Below, in pieces: positions 57,018 through 64,000 of a stretch of DNA of 64,000 bases. The DNA is taken from contig DASXHZ010000089.1 of NCBI GenBank assembly GCA_036488085.1, positions 5,578 through 69,577 on the forward strand, read 5' to 3'. A program made the translations under genes and the position numbers. Under the pieces are notes generated by a model. The model was given only the letters and a program-made list of their open reading frames with translations, was not told the origin of the DNA and made no database searches. Source of the DNA: Thermoanaerobaculia bacterium (GTDB lineage Bacteria > Acidobacteriota > Thermoanaerobaculia > Gp7-AA8). Within the stretch, counting starts at the first letter, position 1. Each line of letters begins with the position of its first letter.

Positions 57018-57360
57018 CTCTCCCCAGGCGAGCAATTCTACGCTCAAAGTGAGCAGTTGTCCGCTCCAGGAGGCCAAATGATCGCTCTGCACGAGCATTT
57101 CCACGCTGGCAACGCACAATTGTACTCTCCTTACAAGCAGATCCCCGCTCCTAGCAAACATTTGTGCTCTTCTAGCGAATACTTGCTCGCTTAATACTGC
57201 CAAATGTTCGCTTCGAGAGTACGATTGATCTCTCGCGGCGAGCAATTGCGCGCTCACAGCGAACAAGTGCTGGCTTGATACGAACAATCTCTCGCCACGA
57301 GCGGACAGTTTCTCGCTCCGAGCGGACAGATGCTCGCTCGGGGCGAACAGTTGATACTCG
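57018..57360. repeat. 21-bp x 16 tandem repeat, consensus GARCARWTGNTCGCTCNNAGC, ~50% GC
   Basis: units aligned by eye; conserved CA..T....CGCT core; in-frame with downstream ORF giving SxxLxxR heptads. Confidence 0.8.
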
Positions 57361-57634
57361 CCGCCCGCGCGGAGCGCCATTCAGCCGCACAACCGTCACA
57401 GGCACTTCCCTTGCTCAACCGTTACGCCGGAGGTAACTGAAGTGCTTCTGACTCTCGCAATCATTCTCCTGATCGCGTGGCTTCTCGGGCTCGTGGCGTT
57501 TCACGTAACGGCGTGGTTCATTCACATCCTCATCGTCCTCGCCGTCATCATCTTCATTCTCCACTTCGTCCGCGGGCGTCCCGCGGTCTGACCCGGTTGC
57601 AGGGGTGTGCGCTTTGTGCTACAAAGCGCACACC

Positions 57635-58006
57635 ATGAAGACGCTCGATCGCCTCGTCGCCGCCGGCGAGTTGCTGCTCATCTCCCCCGCCGCGCTCTTC
57701 ATGTCCGCGCTCTTCGTGCGCAATCTCTCGCCGAAGACCGCCGAGCCGGCGCTGACGGCGGAGCGCGTCGTCATGCTCTACGCCTCGAACGTGCACGTTG
57801 GCCTCTGGCTGCTGCTCATCGGCCTGCCGCTCGCCGCCCTCGGCATCGGCTGCGCCACGCTACTGTGGCGTTGGAGCGATGATCCGGCGCTGCGTCAGGC
57901 CGTCGCCTCACTGCGCGCGCACGTCGCAACGCTCCTGATCGCCCTCGCCACGGTAGCCTCTGCCGGCTTCCTCGGCGCCATCGGGATCCACGTGCTGACG
58001 GACTGA
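57635..58006 (+). CDS. small hypothetical membrane protein
   Basis: three predicted TM helices; native codon usage. Confidence 0.4.
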   Translation: MKTLDRLVAAGELLLISPAALFMSALFVRNLSPKTAEPALTAERVVMLYASNVHVGLWLLLIGLPLAALGIGCATLLWRWSDDPALRQAVASLRAHVATLLIALATVASAGFLGAIGIHVLTD

Positions 58007-58029
58007 CCGGGTCCGCTGAGAGCCAACCC

Positions 58030-58611
58030 CTACATTACGAACGGGAGGACGAAGTAGACGATCGCGACGATGCCGGTCACGAACGACGCGATCCAGACGG
58101 CGCGCAGCCGGGTGAGCGCGCCGACGGCGCCGAGGGCGATGGCGATCTGGAAGATGGCCACGGCCGCGGCGAACTTGTGGTGGCGGTGAATGAGCTCGTC
58201 CGCCTCCGAAGACTTGACGTCGCGCTCCTTCTCGAGCTTCTTCGCCTCGATCGAGATCTGTTGCTGTTCGGCGGTGTATCGCTTGGCCGTGGCTGCGACG
58301 TCAGCCGGCACCGGATGTCCGGACGCCGACCATGACGCGCCAATCGCGGACTGCACGGCGGCCTTGATCCCCTTCGCCTGGTAATACGCCCACTGATCCG
58401 ACGCCTGCCCTTGCAGCTGCGCCGCCTCGTTCTTCAGCACCAGCGCTTCGTTGATCGTGCTCCCCGCGAGGAGCGACGCGACCGCGGCGATCGCCGCGAA
58501 GATCGCCGTCGTCAGCGCGATCTGTTTGACGAGCGAGCCGCCTTCGTGCTCCAGCTCCTCGTGAATCGCCTCGTGCAGGCGATCGGTATCGACCTCGGGA
58601 CCTTCAGGCAT
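58030..58611 (-). CDS. DUF4337 domain membrane protein
   Basis: MPEGPEVDTD..HEEL N-terminus and C-terminal TM helices typical of DUF4337. Confidence 0.65.
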   Translation of the reverse strand: MPEGPEVDTDRLHEAIHEELEHEGGSLVKQIALTTAIFAAIAAVASLLAGSTINEALVLKNEAAQLQGQASDQWAYYQAKGIKAAVQSAIGASWSASGHPVPADVAATAKRYTAEQQQISIEAKKLEKERDVKSSEADELIHRHHKFAAAVAIFQIAIALGAVGALTRLRAVWIASFVTGIVAIVYFVLPFVM

Positions 58612-58619
58612 GCGCGTCA

Positions 58620-58965
58620 TTGTACAGATTGAATCGGAGGGGCGGACGCCCTCGTCCGCCTGCGCGGCGAAGCCGCGCTATCGCGCGGCCGGGCGCACGA
58701 GGGCGTGCGCCCCTCCATGAAGACCCGAGGTACACATGGATCGTCTGGCCGATTGAATCGGAGAGGCGGACGCCCTCGTCCGCCTGCGCGGCAGAGCCGC
58801 GCTATCGCGCGGCCGGGCGCACGGGGGCGTGCGCCCCCCCAGGAAAACCCGAGGTACACATGTTTCGTCTGGCCGATTGAATCGGAGGGGCGGACGCCCT
58901 CGTCCGCCTGCGCGGCGAAGCCGCGCAACCAAGGGCCGGCTAAGAGCCGGCCCCTTACACGAAGG
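58620..58965. repeat. three tandem ~123-bp copies of family A REP unit (RAYT-type hairpins) ending in a family B hairpin
   Basis: GGCCGATTGAATCGGAGGGGCGGACGCCCTCGTCCGCCTGCGCGG..GGCGCACGAGGGCGTGCGCC repeated at ~58640, 58745, 58870. Confidence 0.8.
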
Positions 58966-58971
58966 CGAAAA

Positions 58972-60684
58972 TCACTGCACGTTGAGCGCGAAGTCGTCGA
59001 CGACGAACGACGTCTGATCGAGGCTGTCCTCGGCGCCGACGAGGTAGACCTGGATCGTCTGGCCGATGTACGAGTTGAGGCTGAACGACTTCTGCGAGTA
59101 GCCGGTGTTGTGGTTCAGATTCGAGTACGTCGCGAGCGTGGCGAGCACGGTGCCGGACGAGTTGCGGATCTGCACCTTCAGCGTGTCGTACGCCGTCGTG
59201 GTGGTCGTCTCGGCGGTGTCGATGTGGAGGTAGAACGTCAGCGTCGCCGACGTCTTACCCGACGGAATCGCGACCTGCTGGTAGAGCGTGTCGGTGTGCG
59301 TGGTGCCGTAGCCGTCCATCCACGCATCCCATGAACCGGTGTGCGGCGGCTCGTTCGTCGAGTTGCTGACGACGCTAGCGCTCGCGACCCACGGCGAGGC
59401 CGTGCCGGTCTCGAAGCCGGGGTTGACGAGGAGCTGCGTCGAGCCGGTGGAGTTGTTCACGGTGACGGTGACGGTCGACGACGTGCCGACGTTCCCCGCC
59501 GCGTCGTAGGCCTTCGTGACCAACGAGTGCGAGCTGTTCGCGAACGTGGTCGTGTCCCAGCTCCAGGAGTACGGCGAGGTGGTATCGGTCGTGCGCAACG
59601 CGCCGTCCATATAGAACTCGACCTTAGTCACGCCGACGTTGTCGGACGCGTTCGCAGTCACGTTCACGGTTCCGCTGACGGTCGATCCGTTCGTGGGAGC
59701 AGTGATGGAAGTCGTCGGAGGCGTGGTGTCGCCGCCGCCACCGCCCCCCGATCCGTTCGCGAGCCAGGCGACCGCGTTGGCGTAAATCAGCCCGTTGTCG
59801 TAGCTCGGATCGTTGTACCCGAGGTACGTCGTGTGGCCGCAGGAGTTCGTGGCATCTTCACCGGTCGACGAGTCGCCGACGGCGGCGACGCGGCCGGTGC
59901 CGTAGGTCGACGTCGCGAACGTGACGCCGGTGGTCGAGCCTTTCGCGACGCCGGTCTTCCAGATGTGGGCCTTCGCGGCGCCGCTGACCGTCATCGAGCT
60001 GGAGCCGAACAGGCCGAGACCTCTTCCGGACGATGGGACGCCGAAGGCGCCCGTGAAGACGATCGGCGAGGTCGTGTCTGTCGTGTAGTTGTCGTCGGGA
60101 TGGTTGTCGAACCATCCGAAGCTGCTGTCGGAGGAGTTGTCGTTGTAGGTGATGCCGAAGACCGACGGGCTGCCCATGAGCTGATTGAACACGCCTGCCG
60201 CGTCGATGCCGTCGTTGTTGCGGTCGGCGCCGGCATGGTCGGAGATCATGAAAAGACCGCCGCCGCCGTTCACGAAGTTGCGGATCGCGGTGATCTCGGC
60301 GGACGTGAAGGCGATGTTCGGCTCGGGGATGACGAAGACGTTGTAGTTCTTGAGGTCCTGGGCGTTGGTGCCGTCGTTGTAGCTGATACGGCCGGTGGTC
60401 GGAAGGCTCTCGACGTGGAAGCCTTTCTTCACGAGGTCGACGCCCATCGCGGAGAACCCGCCCGACCAGTAGGTCTCGGCGGTCGACGACGTGATCCCCG
60501 CCTGGTCGGGGGTCGGGAAGCGCTGGGCGACGCCGCACGAGTCTTCATCGAGCGTCCAGTCGGCGTTGCCGGCCGTCTGCGCGTGCTTGGCGTCGAAGAG
60601 AATGGTTTTCTGCTGCGCGAATGCGGTGAGGGAAACGACGAGAAGCAGAGAGAAAACGAGGGCCCTGAGAGAGAACGTGGTCAT
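58972..60684 (-). CDS. secreted protein with Ig-like (Big) domain and C-terminal CBM-like beta-sandwich
   Basis: signal peptide; GGGGGG linker; TAPTNGSTVSGTVNVTANASDNVGVTKVEFY Ig-like unit; C-terminal LLVNPGFE...DDF carbohydrate-binding-like region. Confidence 0.6.
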   Translation of the reverse strand: MTTFSLRALVFSLLLVVSLTAFAQQKTILFDAKHAQTAGNADWTLDEDSCGVAQRFPTPDQAGITSSTAETYWSGGFSAMGVDLVKKGFHVESLPTTGRISYNDGTNAQDLKNYNVFVIPEPNIAFTSAEITAIRNFVNGGGGLFMISDHAGADRNNDGIDAAGVFNQLMGSPSVFGITYNDNSSDSSFGWFDNHPDDNYTTDTTSPIVFTGAFGVPSSGRGLGLFGSSSMTVSGAAKAHIWKTGVAKGSTTGVTFATSTYGTGRVAAVGDSSTGEDATNSCGHTTYLGYNDPSYDNGLIYANAVAWLANGSGGGGGGDTTPPTTSITAPTNGSTVSGTVNVTANASDNVGVTKVEFYMDGALRTTDTTSPYSWSWDTTTFANSSHSLVTKAYDAAGNVGTSSTVTVTVNNSTGSTQLLVNPGFETGTASPWVASASVVSNSTNEPPHTGSWDAWMDGYGTTHTDTLYQQVAIPSGKTSATLTFYLHIDTAETTTTTAYDTLKVQIRNSSGTVLATLATYSNLNHNTGYSQKSFSLNSYIGQTIQVYLVGAEDSLDQTSFVVDDFALNVQ

Positions 60685-60777
60685 CCTTCCTCCATCGATC
60701 GGTTTTCGGGTCGGGGGATTGTGCCGCACAAGACGCGTTTCCGCACCTATTTCCTGTGAAGTTCGTGGGGGGGGGTG

Positions 60778-61971
60778 TTACGCGGCGTCTTTCCAGTCCA
60801 TCAGCACCGTCCTTGGGCCGAGACGGGTCGCATGGCCGCGCCACGTCACGCGGTCGTCGAAATACGGGACGAACTGGGCGCCGAAGTGGAGCAGGTCGAA
60901 GAGCGGTACCAGAAGCAGCTCGAAGATGCCGAGCGGAGCGTCTGTCGCCCGGGCAAGCATCGCGACCTGCAGCAGACGCAGCGCGAGAATGGCGACGGGC
61001 AACGGCCATGCGGCCGGGCGGAAGAGGGCGGCGAGCGACGCGAATGCGAACGGGAAGAGCAGGAGCTCCGACGCGTAGGTCCGCTTCGAGAAGGCGTAAC
61101 GGATCTTGTTCCAGCGAATCTGGCGGTCGAGCGCGCGCCGGAGCGTGCGGTTCACGACGATGTTGCGGACGACCACCGGCGACAGGCCGACGTCGTACCC
61201 CGCATCCCGCACCGCGAGCCCGATCGCCTGATCCTCGGCGAGCACGTGTACGAACGCCTCGAAGCCGCCGACGGCCGCGAGCACGTCGCGCCGGATCGCC
61301 ATCGACTTCCCGACCACGCACGGAATGTTCGCCATCGCCGCGATGACCGCGCCGGGAACGACGAAGCTGAGGAGATGCAGCGACTCGATCGACGCGCCGA
61401 ACGTCCGCGCGCCGGAGCCGGTGAAGAGGTTCGAGACGCAGCCGAGCAGCGGATCGTCGAACGCGTGGACGGTCATCGCGACGTCGTCCGGCTCGACGCG
61501 AACGTTCGAGTCGGAGATCAGCAGGACGTCCCCCTTCGCGTGCCGCATCGCAGCGATGAGCCGCGCGACCTTTCGGTTGTACCTCTCGAGCTTCGGATCG
61601 CCGCCGACTACGAGCTTCCACGCGACGTTCGCATGGCGCGCCATGACGCGCTCGACGATCGGCAGAGCGGGGTCGTAGAGGTCGGCGATGGAGACGATCA
61701 CCTCGTACTCAACGCCGCGGATGGCGGCGAAGGAGTCGAGGTTCGCTTCCAGCTCGTCATCGAGTCCGCAGACCGGCTTGAGGATGGAAACCTGGCGGCG
61801 GCGGGAGAAAACGCCCTGCCGGAAACGGCCCGCCCAGCCCGAAGGGACGTGCGGGCCGTGGTCGAAAAAACGGCGGCGCCTCCGGAACAGAAGCGTCAGG
61901 CCGGTCTGCAGCGTCGTGATCAGCGCGCCGAGGCCAGCGAGTATTGCGGCAACGACCGAGATGAGAAACAT
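60778..61971 (-). CDS. GT2-fold glycosyltransferase, ceramide-glucosyltransferase-like
   Basis: ATG at 61971 verified; N-terminal TM, DSN/DxD region, RQIRWNKIR (QxxRW-like), C-terminal TM helices. Confidence 0.65.
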   Translation of the reverse strand: MFLISVVAAILAGLGALITTLQTGLTLLFRRRRRFFDHGPHVPSGWAGRFRQGVFSRRRQVSILKPVCGLDDELEANLDSFAAIRGVEYEVIVSIADLYDPALPIVERVMARHANVAWKLVVGGDPKLERYNRKVARLIAAMRHAKGDVLLISDSNVRVEPDDVAMTVHAFDDPLLGCVSNLFTGSGARTFGASIESLHLLSFVVPGAVIAAMANIPCVVGKSMAIRRDVLAAVGGFEAFVHVLAEDQAIGLAVRDAGYDVGLSPVVVRNIVVNRTLRRALDRQIRWNKIRYAFSKRTYASELLLFPFAFASLAALFRPAAWPLPVAILALRLLQVAMLARATDAPLGIFELLLVPLFDLLHFGAQFVPYFDDRVTWRGHATRLGPRTVLMDWKDAA

Positions 61972-62678
61972 GAGATCACCTCTTGCGGCGACGGCTCGAG
62001 GCGCGTCACCGCGAGTCCGCTGCCGCGCTTGAGCGTGCGGACGACGTCCGCGAGACTGCGCTCGCACGGCAGTAGGGTTTTCCACGCGTACAGGTGCGCG
62101 CGGTCGTGAAAGTCGCTGTTGCCGACGAACGGCATGCGATGGCGCGCCACCGGCGGAAACAGGTCCCACCGGCAGGCGAGCTCCCATAGATGGATGGCGT
62201 GCGCGACTTCATTGCGTCGATTCCATAGATAGAAGGTGTTTGCGAACCACTCCGACTGTTCGTGCGGATGACAGGCGATGACGACGGCGCCGCTGTCGTT
62301 GGCGCGCACGAGCATCTCTTCCACGCTGCCTTCGGCCGAGATGAAATCGTCGATGCCGAGGGCCAGGACGTGCGCGGAGCTGGCGCGGCGGATCCGGTTC
62401 TGCGTCAGCTCGGCGCCGGCGATGACGAGCATCCCGTACTCGTCCCACGCCCGCTTCGCCTCCGCCTCGACCTCGGCGCGATACGCGCCGAAGTTGTCTT
62501 TCGTCAGCGTCAGGCCGAAGCGATGGGTGACCTTGCCGATGACGTTGTCGCTGTTGACGATGTGATCGGTGATGGCGATGACGTCATGCCCGCTTCGTCC
62601 GAAGAGATCGATGACCTCAGGAATCGAAAGGCGCCCATCCGACCACGTGGTGTGAATGTGCAGATCTGCCAGCAACAT
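61920..62678 (-). CDS. PHP-domain metal-dependent phosphoesterase
   Basis: ADLHIHTTWSDG and ITDH motifs. Confidence 0.7.
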   Translation of the reverse strand: MLLADLHIHTTWSDGRLSIPEVIDLFGRSGHDVIAITDHIVNSDNVIGKVTHRFGLTLTKDNFGAYRAEVEAEAKRAWDEYGMLVIAGAELTQNRIRRASSAHVLALGIDDFISAEGSVEEMLVRANDSGAVVIACHPHEQSEWFANTFYLWNRRNEVAHAIHLWELACRWDLFPPVARHRMPFVGNSDFHDRAHLYAWKTLLPCERSLADVVRTLKRGSGLAVTRLEPSPQEVISCFSSRSLPQYSLASAR

Positions 62679-62775
62679 TCGCCCGCCCCTCCTTTCGCGT
62701 GCCTCATGATTGCAAGCCGCGCGTACAGAGGCTTGCGTCGCGGGTAAAGAACGGGCGAAGTTTGTGGGGAGTTGT

Positions 62776-62960
62776 CGCGAGAGCCACGTCCCTCACCCGC
62801 AGGAGAACGGGATTGTGGCGAGAGCCGCGCCCCTCACCCGCCGCTTCGCGGCACCCTCTCCCGGAGGGAGAGGGACGAGAACACACAACACAGCTCCCTC
62901 TCCCCGCGGGAGAGGGTGGCCCCGAGCGAAGCGAGCGGACGGGTGAGGGGCGTGGCTCTC
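62776..62960. mobile_element. MITE-like element with ~23-bp terminal inverted repeats (GCGAGAGCCACGTCCCTCACCCG ... CGGGTGAGGGGCGTGGCTCTCGC), family D
   Basis: perfect TIRs; internal CCCTCTCCC-GGGAGAGGG hairpins shared with 23935-24100. Confidence 0.55.
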
Positions 62961-63025
62961 GCGCTTCATGCGATGCTTTTCGTCTCTCTGTGGGGCGCCG
63001 GCGGCCTCGCCGGCGGTGCCGCGCG

Positions 63026-64000
63026 TCAGCGCGGCTGTCGCCGCGCCGAGCCGGCGAGGCCGCCGGCTCCCCCACTGAGAAACCGCGCACCCGCGCGCCG
63101 AAACGTCTCCACCGAGGGACGCGGACGCCGCTCGAGCGTCGTCCGGTCGACTTCGTACAAGCCGAACTTCGGGCCGAAGCCGTCGAGCCATTCGTAGTTG
63201 TCGAGGAGCGACCAGTGGAGGTAGCCGTGCACCGGGACGCCGCAGCGCTCGATGGCGGCGAGGTGTGATTCGATGAAGTCGCCGCGGAAGCGATCGCCGG
63301 CGTCGGCCAGGCCGTTCTCGGTCACGATCAGCGGCAAGCGCGATCGCGCCGCTTCGCGCAGCAGTCCTTCGAAGGCCTCGGGGATGATCTCCCATCCGTT
63401 GTCGGTGAGCCCGCGCCCGCTCGGATCGCGGTAGGTGAAGTCGCCGATGATCCGCTCGCGACCCGGCGACCGGAGGTGCAGCCGCGAGTAGAAGTTCACG
63501 CCGAAGAGGTCGATGCTGTAGACGAGATCGTCGCGCCGGCCGCGGACGCGCGTTCGCGGCGGCATCAGGAAGTCCCAGCGCCCCGTAGCGAACGCCTCGA
63601 TGAGCCCGCGGTTGTACGAGCGATGCGCCAGCGACGTCAGCGCGCGGTCGAGCGGGTTCCACCGCCGCTCCGGCTCGAACGCCATCATGTTGTGCGCGAC
63701 GCCGATCGCCGCGCGCGGCTGGATCTCGCGAATCTCCGCCGCCGCCGCGCAGTGCGCCGCGAGGAGGTGGTCGACGACGCGCACGAGCGCGCGGCCGTCG
63801 CCGATGCCCGGCGGAATCTGCGCGTCGAAATAGCCGGCGAGCGCGAAGACGAGCGGCTCGTTCAGCGGGATGTAGAGCCGCACGCGGTCGCCGAGCTCCT
63901 GCGCCACGCGCCGGGCGAACTGCGCGAAACGGTCGACGGACGCCGTGGAGGTCCATGGCGTCTGCTCGTGAAACCAGCGCGGGTGGGTGTAGTGAAAGAG
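63026..64000 (-). CDS. GH1 family beta-glucosidase, N-terminus beyond window end
   Basis: LIVTENGLAD nucleophile motif and LHWSLLDNYEW; reading frame stays open to position 64000. Confidence 0.8.
   Translation of the reverse strand, partial: LFHYTHPRWFHEQTPWTSTASVDRFAQFARRVAQELGDRVRLYIPLNEPLVFALAGYFDAQIPPGIGDGRALVRVVDHLLAAHCAAAAEIREIQPRAAIGVAHNMMAFEPERRWNPLDRALTSLAHRSYNRGLIEAFATGRWDFLMPPRTRVRGRRDDLVYSIDLFGVNFYSRLHLRSPGRERIIGDFTYRDPSGRGLTDNGWEIIPEAFEGLLREAARSRLPLIVTENGLADAGDRFRGDFIESHLAAIERCGVPVHGYLHWSLLDNYEWLDGFGPKFGLYEVDRTTLERRPRPSVETFRRAGARFLSGGAGGLAGSARRQPR

Noticed and set aside
57018-57360. Possible CRISPR array or plasmid origin
   Set aside because: These are contiguous 21-bp units without spacers. 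There is no rep gene or other plasmid functions nearby. It is kept as a finding under alternative hypotheses.
1-64000. rRNA or tRNA genes
   Set aside because: No stretch shows rRNA-like conservation or a tRNA cloverleaf. The whole window is densely protein-coding or repeat sequence.

Overview
This is a high-GC (about 68%) chromosomal window from a Gram-negative soil-type bacterium. The gene content resembles Acidobacteriota or Gemmatimonadota: TonB-dependent receptors with CarbopepD domains, BNR/sortilin proteins, and large hybrid two-component sensors.

Reading left to right, the housekeeping and secreted-enzyme genes are:
- a partial HAD hydrolase, an M19 dipeptidase, a BNR/sortilin-like protein and an M13 peptidase;
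- a type II NADH dehydrogenase (NDH-2);
- a CPBP protease.

A tightly coupled minus-strand operon (11.0-16.8 kb) looks like a novel synthase-dependent exopolysaccharide system. It encodes:
- a TPR/beta-barrel outer-membrane exporter;
- a processive GT2 synthase that has no fused PilZ domain;
- a membrane-anchored GH26-like hydrolase;
- a secreted protein built from about 8 tandem CarbopepD-type repeats;
- a stand-alone PilZ protein;
- a lipoprotein.

A 21-bp x ~23 degenerate tandem array sits directly upstream of this operon.

Further along are two large hybrid sensor kinases, a TAT-signal flavin amine oxidase, and a short exosortase-like protein with a membrane partner. A fluoride-riboswitch-like leader precedes crcB and a tandem-DUF190 gene.

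A full Pho regulon block follows: oprP-like porin, pstS2, pstS1, pstCAB, phoU and phoB, with no adjacent phoR. Next to it is a polyphosphate island: ppx-sixA, ppk1 followed by a Lys-rich protein, divergent ppk2, and a cNMP-binding/TrxR fusion. A recurring direct-repeat Pho-box-like motif, TTCACR-N5-TTTACR, lies upstream of pstS1, the porin, ppx and ppk1.

The last part of the window holds an arsC-aquaglyceroporin pair preceded by a (GACTAGT)x4 array, an EAL protein, a ~195-bp tandem duplication, a 21-bp x 16 low-GC tandem array, glycosyltransferase and PHP genes, and a partial GH1.

The window is unusually rich in small repeat families. These include a RAYT (REP-associated tyrosine transposase) gene flanked by its REP doublet, with a triple-tandem REP cluster elsewhere, and three other hairpin or MITE-like families.

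No rRNA, tRNA or CRISPR was found. Coordinates for alternative starts are approximate, within a few nt.
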